A stretch of DNA of 39,717 nucleotides, from IMG/VR virus record IMGVR_UViG_3300032334_000676, positions 1-39,717 of that record, one strand, 5' to 3'. This document shows positions 25,104-33,257 of the stretch, piece after piece. The notes under the pieces were generated by a model, which did not search any database, was not told the origin of the DNA, and worked only from the letters and a program-made list of their open reading frames with translations. Each line of letters starts with the position of its first letter. Within the stretch, counting starts at the first letter, position 1. Origin of the DNA: a virus. Taxonomy: Duplodnaviria > Caudoviricetes. The position numbers and the translations under genes are program-made.

Positions 25104-25273
25104 ACACCGACGATCAAGCAATCAAAGCCCTTCAATACCTACTCGACGAAGGTTTTATTTCGCTAGGGTATATCGACGGAAAGCCTTCCGTACATCTAAC
25201 GACTACCGTTCGAGGGGCGCAAAAGGCTATTAAGGCTATGGCTAAAGATACCGCTGATTGGTGGAAGAAATGA
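25100..25273 (+). CDS. 57-aa hypothetical protein (not in ORF track)
   Basis: MNTDDQAIKALQYLLDEGFISLGY...DWWKK; ATGA overlaps at both ends. Confidence 0.6.
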   Translation: MNTDDQAIKALQYLLDEGFISLGYIDGKPSVHLTTTVRGAQKAIKAMAKDTADWWKK

Positions 25274-25539
25274 GCATATTTCAAAGATTCCTTTTCTGGC
25301 TTTGGGCCAAGCTATTCCTAGGGAGGCTTAACTCTCAGATACTCGAGAGGGCAATCAAGCTAGCAAATATGCACAACCTAGATGCCGGAGAGTTGGGTTA
25401 TGATCCACGCACGAAACATTTAATTTCTTATGCGAAAGTCAGGAAGGATCTTGGCAACCCCGAAACTCTAACAGGAGCTATTATTCATATCGCAGTCGCA
25501 GTCTCCTACCTAGAAGGCAACGGCAGGAAGGATGATTAG
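25270..25539 (+). CDS. Hypothetical protein
   Basis: ATG at 25270 coupled to the previous stop. Confidence 0.6.
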   Translation: MSIFQRFLFWLWAKLFLGRLNSQILERAIKLANMHNLDAGELGYDPRTKHLISYAKVRKDLGNPETLTGAIIHIAVAVSYLEGNGRKDD

Positions 25540-25816
25540 CGTCATGGGGATTGATATGCTGGACGCTATTATGGAAATGAAGGAGAGGCTTGCTCGCCTC
25601 GAAGAAGTTCAGCGTTCTATGCAGGATCGTCAGAAACATATTTGCGATATTGTGGAGAAGCAGGCCTGCAATCTTGGGGAGTGGGTTGAGCGTATCTCCA
25701 TGAGGGTAAGTGCGATAGAAAACATTTGGGCAAAGATATTGGGGGCGGCAACCGCGATAAGTATTATTTTTTCATTTGTCTTTGACTGGATTAAATCCCG
25801 TCTTACAGGTCACTAG
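25532..25816 (+). CDS. Coiled-coil plus C-terminal TM protein (holin-associated/XhlA-like)
   Basis: ERLARLEE coiled coil followed by a hydrophobic C-terminal helix. Confidence 0.55.
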   Translation: MISVMGIDMLDAIMEMKERLARLEEVQRSMQDRQKHICDIVEKQACNLGEWVERISMRVSAIENIWAKILGAATAISIIFSFVFDWIKSRLTGH

Positions 25817-25827
25817 GAGAAAAATAT

Positions 25828-27630
25828 ATGGCAGAAATTACAACAACGCAGAGCTTTTCTGATGGAGATACAGTAACGGCAACTAAGCTGAATAACATTC
25901 AGGGGAATGCGTCCATTCAGCCGGAGGCGATTACAAATAGATCGGCTGAGACATCGATAGATCAGGCTAACGATCTGCTTCTTGTGTATGATGCCTCCGC
26001 TACTGCCCTCAAGAAAGTATCTCCATCTAATCTAATTAAGGCCGGAACTGCTTCTGATTTCCCGATTACTGGGAATGCTACCATTGGCGGGACTCTCGGT
26101 GTTACGGGGAACTCAACTCTCGCCGGAACGCTTGGCGTTACTGGTGCGATCACTGCCACATCCACAATCAACGGGACAACAATCCCCACGACAAAAACAC
26201 TTGTAACGACTGTCGATACGCAGACATTAACTAATAAGACATTCACCACACCAGTAATTAGCTCTATTTCAAACACTGGAACACTTACACTACCAACATC
26301 TACGGATACTCTTGTAGGCAGGGCAACTACCGATACACTCACTAACAAGACATTAACCTCTCCGAGTATATCTGATCCCTCAATAACTGGTCAGACCACG
26401 GCATCGACAGGCATTATCAATATAGGCAGTGGACAGATTTACAAGGATGCGAGTGGGAATGTTGGGATTGGGACTGCTTCTCCAACCGCAAATCTTCACG
26501 TTGTAAAAACAACATCTCAAACAGATATTGATTCGGCAACGCAAGCTATTTCCATTACAAACACAGCATCAGACACAAGCGGTAATCTTACAGGAATTAG
26601 GCTCAGGCAAGATAATGCAACAAATGTGGCTCAAGGCTATATTGGATTATCAAGCACAGGAAGTTTGGCAACAAGAGCTAACTTAATTATAGCCACTCCA
26701 AATACATCTGGAAACTCCACCGAACGCCTACGCATTGATTCGAGTGGAAATGTTGGGATTGGGGTAACGAGTCCATCAAGGCAGTTGCACGTTAAAAGCC
26801 AAGCATTGATTGATTCAAATAACGATGGTACAACGGCTGTTCCATCATTATCCATTGGCGCATTGCAGACAGGATTTTCATACATTGCGACACATAATAT
26901 TACGGCAATCACCAACAACACAGAACGCCTCCGCATTGATTCGAGTGGGAATGTTGGGATTGGGACGACATCTATAAATGCAAGGCTTGTTGTATCGGAT
27001 GGAGCAAATGGTTTAGAGGTTGCTCCAAACGTATCAAGTAGTACGGTCACGCAATTAACATCTTACAATAGATCAACAAATGCATATACGACATTTAATA
27101 TTGATGCGCTAACTACAAGATTCTCAATAAGTGGCACAGAACGCCTCCGCATTGCATCTGCTGGTCAAATTGGAATCGGCGGAGCTAACTACGGAACTAG
27201 CGGTCAAGTCCTAACAAGTGGGGGAGCATCAGCCGCGCCAAGCTGGACTACGATTTCATCAACTCCTGCTGATGGTTCAATTACATTTGCAAAATTATCA
27301 ACTAGCTCAACTGAGGGGGAAAATGCGGCAAAGAGAGTAGCAAAGGTTTGGGTTAATTACAATGGCACGACTGCGGGTATTCGTGATGATTTTAATGTCA
27401 GCAGTATTACAGACAACGCTGAAGGGGATCAGACAGTAAATTTTTCTTCATCCCTATCAAGCGCAAGTTATTGTGCTGTTACCACAGTACAAGGTCCATT
27501 AGAGGATCTTTATAGTTCTATGCTTACATCAGTCTCAGCCCCAGCAACAGGTTCAGTCAGAGTCAGAACTGGCCTTCGCGGCGTGGCCTTTGCGGATTGC
27601 ACAACAGTAAATGTTTGCATCTTCCTATAA
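25828..27630 (+). CDS. Tail fibre protein
   Basis: VTATKLN N-terminus, TLTNKT repeats, repeated ERLRIDSSGNVGIG modules, and KVWVNYNG...FNVSSITD C-terminal domain; SD AGGAG. Confidence 0.88.
   Translation: MAEITTTQSFSDGDTVTATKLNNIQGNASIQPEAITNRSAETSIDQANDLLLVYDASATALKKVSPSNLIKAGTASDFPITGNATIGGTLGVTGNSTLAGTLGVTGAITATSTINGTTIPTTKTLVTTVDTQTLTNKTFTTPVISSISNTGTLTLPTSTDTLVGRATTDTLTNKTLTSPSISDPSITGQTTASTGIINIGSGQIYKDASGNVGIGTASPTANLHVVKTTSQTDIDSATQAISITNTASDTSGNLTGIRLRQDNATNVAQGYIGLSSTGSLATRANLIIATPNTSGNSTERLRIDSSGNVGIGVTSPSRQLHVKSQALIDSNNDGTTAVPSLSIGALQTGFSYIATHNITAITNNTERLRIDSSGNVGIGTTSINARLVVSDGANGLEVAPNVSSSTVTQLTSYNRSTNAYTTFNIDALTTRFSISGTERLRIASAGQIGIGGANYGTSGQVLTSGGASAAPSWTTISSTPADGSITFAKLSTSSTEGENAAKRVAKVWVNYNGTTAGIRDDFNVSSITDNAEGDQTVNFSSSLSSASYCAVTTVQGPLEDLYSSMLTSVSAPATGSVRVRTGLRGVAFADCTTVNVCIFL
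26450..27154 (+). repeat. Near-identical DNA repeats within tail fibre
   Basis: 26722-26763 vs 26923-26964 (42 bp, 2 mismatches); 26450-26474 = 26942-26966; 26919-26938 = 27135-27154. Confidence 0.85.
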
Positions 27631-27635
27631 ATACT

Positions 27636-27827
27636 ATGAATAAAAGAATAATCTATCCCAACACAGAAGGCGGAGTTTCAATAGTTATTCCTTCACCTAA
27701 TTGGCGCGGAACAATCGAAGAACTTGCGATTAAAGACGTTCCTGCTGGACTTCCGTATAAAATTGTTGACGTATCCGACATTCCTTCAGACCGGACGTTC
27801 CGCAACGCATGGGAGTACCAAGAATGA
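27636..27827 (+). CDS. Tail fibre-associated protein
   Basis: IIYPN..GGVSIVIP...KDVP.G.PYKIVD..DIP.DRTFRNAW family pattern. Confidence 0.7.
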   Translation: MNKRIIYPNTEGGVSIVIPSPNWRGTIEELAIKDVPAGLPYKIVDVSDIPSDRTFRNAWEYQE

Positions 27828-28063
27828 TTATTGTAAATTCAGATAAAGCCAAAGCAATTTGGAAAAATAAGTGGCGTGAAGCGCGGAAACCTCTTCTCGC
27901 CTCCCTTGACATTGAATTTATGAAGGCTGTTGAGACTGCTGACCCATCTAAGCAGGCTGAAATTGCATCAAAGAAACAAGCCCTTCGTGATGTGACTCAG
28001 ACCGAGATTATTGGCAACACTCCCGAAGAGATCAAATCTGTTTGGCCTAATATCCTTAAATGA
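27824..28063 (+). CDS. Tail fibre assembly chaperone-like protein
   Basis: R..RKPLL..LD..FMKA.E...KQALRD.T...WP pattern. Confidence 0.7.
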   Translation: MIIVNSDKAKAIWKNKWREARKPLLASLDIEFMKAVETADPSKQAEIASKKQALRDVTQTEIIGNTPEEIKSVWPNILK

Positions 28064-28785
28064 ACTTACACGACATGGCTTCCTTTGTTACGGGGAAGAT
28101 CGGTAAAACCGATTCGGACTCAGTTGCACAATGTAAGGAATTTCTCGCAAGGCGATATGAACTAATATGGTCAAGTCAGCTTTGGAGGGATACATTAGGT
28201 ACATCCACACAATCAGTCCCCTCCGGAACGCAGGACGTTACAATATCGAACACTGCGATTGACCAGATTGTAGCGGTAAGATGGTCAGATACAACTCTTG
28301 GACCAGTTCAATATGAAGCGGTATATGCGATTGATCCCACTCTTTTCGATAACACCGGAACCCCCCTCGGCTTTGTAACGCTTCCAAAAACTGCTAGTGG
28401 AGTATGCCAACTCCGGCTTGTCCAAACCCCTTCTGAGACGAAAACCTTATCAGTTCTTGGTAAGATTAAGTTGCGGATCATAGACGGATCTTCCCAATTT
28501 CAAACCCGCAACCTAACCAACGATACAGATAGTCCCGCGCTTAACGGGATCGACAATGCCCTATTAGCATTTGCTGAGGGAGATATGCTCACTAGAGACA
28601 GACAATACTCGAAAGCGCAAATGATGTATGGTGACGGGGTGGCTCAAATTAAGGTTGCTACAAATATAGAAAGAGGTCAGTCGGCTTACAATTTAACTGT
28701 AACTGCGGTGGACTCAGGCGAGTGGTCGAGATCCGATTGGGATTATCCAGTCTATTCCGGATCAAAATCCTCATTCTTGGGATAG
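28060..28785 (+). CDS. Head-tail adaptor-like protein
   Basis: Size and position before the tail-hub gene; W..LW and GTP motifs. Confidence 0.55.
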   Translation: MNLHDMASFVTGKIGKTDSDSVAQCKEFLARRYELIWSSQLWRDTLGTSTQSVPSGTQDVTISNTAIDQIVAVRWSDTTLGPVQYEAVYAIDPTLFDNTGTPLGFVTLPKTASGVCQLRLVQTPSETKTLSVLGKIKLRIIDGSSQFQTRNLTNDTDSPALNGIDNALLAFAEGDMLTRDRQYSKAQMMYGDGVAQIKVATNIERGQSAYNLTVTAVDSGEWSRSDWDYPVYSGSKSSFLG

Positions 28786-28795
28786 CTGTAAGTAA

Positions 28796-30397
28796 ATGCC
28801 CATCGTATCAAACTCAGGATTGGATGATCCAATCCTCTTCGATACAACCTCCTCATTCACGGGTGGGGTTAATAATATATCAGCATCAAAGCTACTAGAT
28901 GCTTCTCAAGGGTCGGAGTTTGTTAATGTAGATATAGACAGGGTTGGTAATGCTGTGACTAGGAGGGGGACTGCCTCGGTTTCATCGTCAGCCGTTCCAG
29001 AGGGTACTGCAAATATCCAAGGGATGTATTACTTTGACACTGGAACCACTAATCAAATCGTCATAGCTAAGAACAGGAAGATATTCTGGTATAGTGGCGT
29101 TGTTGGTAGCGGATCTTGGACACAAGACTCGTCCTCCTACCTGACAAACTCTTCCGACAATGTAGTGAACTTCGCCCAACTTTCCGACAAACTCTATTTC
29201 TGCGATGGAACAAGTGACTTAAAAAGTTTTAACGGAACAACTGTTGCCTCAATCCCTGCGGCGGCCAATGCCCCGACTGGTGTTAAGTTCGTTTGTTCTC
29301 ATACCAATAGAATGTTTGCCATCAGGACTGCGGAGCCTGACACAATCTATGTGTCGGACCTTCTTTCCGTTGAAGGTACTTCCGCATGGTCGAGCGTGGA
29401 TTCCTTCAGGGTTGGCGGAGACGGGGAGCCCATCACGGCGATTTCCTCTTGGACTGGTTTCCGGCTTGTGGTTTTTAAGCAAAACTCCACCTACGTCATC
29501 ACTACTGACCCAACTGCCGCTTCAATAGCTAATTGGCCTATTGAGATTGTAAGTGCGGAGGTGGGATGCGTAGCAAATAGAACGGTTGCTCAGGTGGGGG
29601 CAAATCTTTACTGGTTGGCTCAAGATGGAGTCAGGAGTATGCAGAGAATCCTTCAGGGCAACGATCAGGAGATCAGCGAGCCACTTTCTAAAATAATTGA
29701 TTCCACCATTCAGGAAATCAATACGACTTACATCTCCAAGGCCTCCGCAACTTACTATAAAAACAGATATATTCTTTCAATCCCAATTAGTTCTTCCGCA
29801 GTCAATAACTGCTCTATTGTCTATAATACAGTTCATAAGTCTTGGAGCGGTAAATGGACAAACTTTGCGGGAGTAGAATTTTGTCACTACACTAACACTC
29901 CATCCAACTGCCTAGTCCTAGCTACTCCAACCGGATCAGTTCTACAATGGAGGGAATGGGTTAAGGATGATAGCGAGGTGGCTTCGGATTACACTGATTC
30001 TGGTTCTGCAATCGGAACAAGTATCACTACCAAGGAATTCACTTTCGGCGACATGATGAGCTACAAAAGCCTCAATAATGTCGAGGTGCAGTTTTATTCA
30101 AGCACAGCATATTGTTCTGTATCACTGGTAGATGAGAATGGAAGTACAGTAGCCGCCTTCTCAAACATAGATAGTTCCGCTTTCTCCGGTGGGCTAGGAG
30201 CCCTAATCATTCCATTTGTCTTAAACGCAAATGCCGTACTAAGGAATCAAAGATCCAAGCGAAGGGCTAGAAGCCTTCTCGGGAATCAACCAGTTAGGGG
30301 CGTTCAGGTATTGGTGGAAAGCAGTTCCGGAAAGCTAAATCTCCAAGCCGTTATTGTAAGTGCATTCTTGGATGCCTTTGTGAGTGAGGAGCTATGA
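28796..30397 (+). CDS. Tail hub/nozzle (P22 gp10/T7 gp12-like beta-propeller)
   Basis: FTGGVN...NVDID..G...RRG, LVVFK, VGCVA and YWLAQDGV motifs. Confidence 0.7.
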   Translation: MPIVSNSGLDDPILFDTTSSFTGGVNNISASKLLDASQGSEFVNVDIDRVGNAVTRRGTASVSSSAVPEGTANIQGMYYFDTGTTNQIVIAKNRKIFWYSGVVGSGSWTQDSSSYLTNSSDNVVNFAQLSDKLYFCDGTSDLKSFNGTTVASIPAAANAPTGVKFVCSHTNRMFAIRTAEPDTIYVSDLLSVEGTSAWSSVDSFRVGGDGEPITAISSWTGFRLVVFKQNSTYVITTDPTAASIANWPIEIVSAEVGCVANRTVAQVGANLYWLAQDGVRSMQRILQGNDQEISEPLSKIIDSTIQEINTTYISKASATYYKNRYILSIPISSSAVNNCSIVYNTVHKSWSGKWTNFAGVEFCHYTNTPSNCLVLATPTGSVLQWREWVKDDSEVASDYTDSGSAIGTSITTKEFTFGDMMSYKSLNNVEVQFYSSTAYCSVSLVDENGSTVAAFSNIDSSAFSGGLGALIIPFVLNANAVLRNQRSKRRARSLLGNQPVRGVQVLVESSSGKLNLQAVIVSAFLDAFVSEEL

Positions 30398-30816
30398 CTG
30401 TAACTGCAAGCATGGCCGCTGAATGGGTAAGTACCAGAATCAAGGGCTGGGAAAATGCCACTCATACTACAAATGTTCTTCAGTGGTATATGGACAGGGA
30501 GCTATGCGGGATTGCGATGGATGGAACAGAGATTAAGGGAGTTGCTTGCGTAAGGTTTTTGAATCAAGCCGAAGATGGGCTTGAACCATATAAGCATGAT
30601 CCTAAAGGAGATGTGACTTGGGTTGAGTTGGTTGTTGCAGATCAGGGAGTTGCAATCTCATCCTTGTTTAATCTTCTCTGGTCTAAGTATGGACGGAGGC
30701 CTTTTGTGGCTTATCGCAGAGAGCTAAAGAATGGAAAAATCAGGAAGTTCGGGGTCGATATGTTTGACCGCATGAACTCATATTGCATGAGGAATCTAAC
30801 ACTTGCCACTGTCTGA
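30394..30816 (+). CDS. Tail-assembly protein (GNAT-like, P22 gp14/T7 gp13 position)
   Basis: Position between hub and ejection genes; IKGVACVR and GDVTWVELVV. Confidence 0.45.
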   Translation: MTVTASMAAEWVSTRIKGWENATHTTNVLQWYMDRELCGIAMDGTEIKGVACVRFLNQAEDGLEPYKHDPKGDVTWVELVVADQGVAISSLFNLLWSKYGRRPFVAYRRELKNGKIRKFGVDMFDRMNSYCMRNLTLATV

Positions 30817-30840
30817 TGTGGCATTACATGGAGAAAAACA

Positions 30841-32343
30841 ATGTTTTTAGAGCAAAGACTTTCTAACCCTAAGTGGGCGCATTCCTATTCAGGAATGTTT
30901 TGGCAGAGCATGGTATTTTATGGTGGATCTCCACCTTCACCACCTCCGGCTCCTCCACCCCCTGACTATGCCGCCGCAAACAGGGCAGGCGTATTGGCCG
31001 ATGTTCAGACCTTGGGAGCTAGGAAGGAAATTGAGCAGGCCGCTAAACTTGGCGGGACTGCACTTGCTTTTGGTGTCACAACTAAGACGGATGATAAGGG
31101 TAATATAACCTATTATCAGACATTTAACGACAAGGGAGAAAGATACGAAAAACCAGTTGAAGTTCCAAAAGGCGAGGCAGTAATTGATTTTAAGGGCAAG
31201 TCGGATGTCGATGTTGCGAAAGCTCAGGCAGACTTTCAAAGAGCAGAGCAGAAAGTTAATGCTCAATCCGCGCTCGATCTTCAGAAGCAGTATGGTTCGC
31301 AATTTGCAACCGAGGCGAGAAACCAGCTTCAGGCCGTAGATCCAACCGGATTCGCCAACCGAGAGCTTCTTGGGAAGAAGGTTGCCGATGCAAAGTTTGA
31401 GGGGGTATCAGACGGTCCAACATTTAAGCAGAATGCGACAGGACCTAGCTATGAGATGGCAAAAGATGGGCCTTCTCTCTCCCGTCAATCTTATGGACCT
31501 CAATTCCAAGCCGGAGATGAGAACGCAGGTGGAGGAAATGCCGCAAGAGGCAGGGCTGAGATTGAGCGTCAGCTAGGCGAGAATCTTTTTAATAATGGCA
31601 AGCTAACTGATGAGCAGGCTCGTCGGCTAAATAACTCTGTTCGCGGGGCTCAAACTGCTCGAGGCAACATTTACGGAAATGCTCCTACCGCTCAAGAGAT
31701 TCTAACTCGTTCCGGCGCAGAGACGGAAATGGCTCGGCAGGCTCGTTCTGATGTTGTCGGCTATCTGCAATCCGGACAAAGCAGTTACGACATTGCAAAC
31801 GCAATCCGGCAGGAATCAAATCAGTTAGCCCAACAGGGGTACTTAAACTATTCCACTGCCAACTCAGTCAATAACTCGCTCGCTCAACAGGAGTTTCAGA
31901 ATCAACAGACTGCTCTTGGTCAAAGGAATCAAGCTCAACAGTCGATGTATCAGAATGAACTCAGCGCAAACACCGCGAACAATCAGCTAGCTCAACAGGC
32001 CTACGGCAATCAGCTTGCGGCAGTTCAACAGAGGAATGCGGCTTCTCAGCAGGGGATAGCTAATCTTCAGAGCTACGCAGGGCTTCAGCCCATCGTCACT
32101 CAAGGAGGACAACTTGGTGCATTGGGTCAGGGCGCGGCTCCGACGATCCAGACTCCGATTCCGCAGGGTGTGAACATCAATCCTAACGCCGGAAAGAATA
32201 GTCAGGATTTTGCCCTTGGTGTGTACGGGAATCAGACGAGCCAATACAACGCCCAACTTGGTTATCTATCAAGCACTTACGCAACAGCACAGAAGAATAG
32301 CCCTCTATCTTGGATTACGGGAATCGGCGGAGTCTTGTTCTAA
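30841..32343 (+). CDS. Internal virion / DNA ejection protein
   Basis: GG followed by Pro-rich PPPPDY, Q/N/A-rich helical body, ARGNIYG, and hydrophobic Gly-rich C-terminus. Confidence 0.7.
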   Translation: MFLEQRLSNPKWAHSYSGMFWQSMVFYGGSPPSPPPAPPPPDYAAANRAGVLADVQTLGARKEIEQAAKLGGTALAFGVTTKTDDKGNITYYQTFNDKGERYEKPVEVPKGEAVIDFKGKSDVDVAKAQADFQRAEQKVNAQSALDLQKQYGSQFATEARNQLQAVDPTGFANRELLGKKVADAKFEGVSDGPTFKQNATGPSYEMAKDGPSLSRQSYGPQFQAGDENAGGGNAARGRAEIERQLGENLFNNGKLTDEQARRLNNSVRGAQTARGNIYGNAPTAQEILTRSGAETEMARQARSDVVGYLQSGQSSYDIANAIRQESNQLAQQGYLNYSTANSVNNSLAQQEFQNQQTALGQRNQAQQSMYQNELSANTANNQLAQQAYGNQLAAVQQRNAASQQGIANLQSYAGLQPIVTQGGQLGALGQGAAPTIQTPIPQGVNINPNAGKNSQDFALGVYGNQTSQYNAQLGYLSSTYATAQKNSPLSWITGIGGVLF

Positions 32344-32354
32344 AGGAGAATTAT

Positions 32355-33254
32355 ATGGGATTATTTAGAGATATGTATGGAATCGTCCGTCAGTCGCAAC
32401 AGGACGATCTTGCTGAGAAGCAAATGAATCAGGAGATGGATCTCAAGCAGAAATACTACGAGAAGCAGATGCAACAGTACCGCGACACAAATCGCAGGAG
32501 GGAAGATGTTTATGCTGGGATTACTGAGCTAGGTGAATTAGATAAAACGATTGGCGAAACGAGTTTCCAGAAAACAATGATGGAGCAAAGGTTCCAAAAG
32601 TCTGCGCTAGAAAATCCTGAAGAAGCAAAACAGTTTATGATTGAGAGTCAGGTGCTTGCTAAAAGACTTCAGGATCTTAATAGCGTAAGGAAGGTCAAGG
32701 GCGCGGAGCTAACATATCGCTCGATTGACGGGAATTTCGCAAAGGCCAAAGCTTTAGACTTGGCGGATTTCTTGAATGGCAAAGATCCTTCTGAATCTGG
32801 AATGGCTACCGTAACAAAGAAACGCAAGATTCTTGACGAAAACGGAATGGACACAGGAGAGACTGAGACAGTAACTATGAAGGTTCCGCAGTCTCAGGCC
32901 GGATACGGAGGATATGTTGGGGATCAGGAGCAGGCTCAACCACAATCCTCATATAACCCGTATGGGATGGCTAGCGCGATTGTGGATTCCTCCGCTCCCT
33001 TGGGCGAATCAACACCAGAGTACGCAAGGCCTTACGCTGTCGAGCAATCGCAGGGAATGTTAATGCGAGATGTGGCAAATGTTCCGGTAGGTGGGCAAAC
33101 GCCCCAGCCAATGCAGGCTACCCAAGCCAAGCCTCAACAGGACATTGAATCGGTACGTCAACAGGCTTTAAGCGCAATGTCTCGAGCGCAAACGCCGGAT
33201 CAACGGCAAAAGATTAAGGATCGTGCGGCCCAAATGGGAGTCAACCTTCCCTAA
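32355..33254 (+). CDS. Internal virion / ejection protein
   Basis: SD AAGGAG; Gln-rich; lies between ejection genes. Confidence 0.6.
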   Translation: MGLFRDMYGIVRQSQQDDLAEKQMNQEMDLKQKYYEKQMQQYRDTNRRREDVYAGITELGELDKTIGETSFQKTMMEQRFQKSALENPEEAKQFMIESQVLAKRLQDLNSVRKVKGAELTYRSIDGNFAKAKALDLADFLNGKDPSESGMATVTKKRKILDENGMDTGETETVTMKVPQSQAGYGGYVGDQEQAQPQSSYNPYGMASAIVDSSAPLGESTPEYARPYAVEQSQGMLMRDVANVPVGGQTPQPMQATQAKPQQDIESVRQQALSAMSRAQTPDQRQKIKDRAAQMGVNLP

Positions 33255-33257
33255 CGT

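Noticed and set aside
25828-27630. Diversity-generating retroelement or invertible fibre cassette
   Set aside because: No reverse transcriptase or invertase; the repeats are direct, short and in-frame, with no TR/VR pair.
30817-30832. ATTACATGG as another operator
   Set aside because: Only a half-site; the TGTAA partner is missing.
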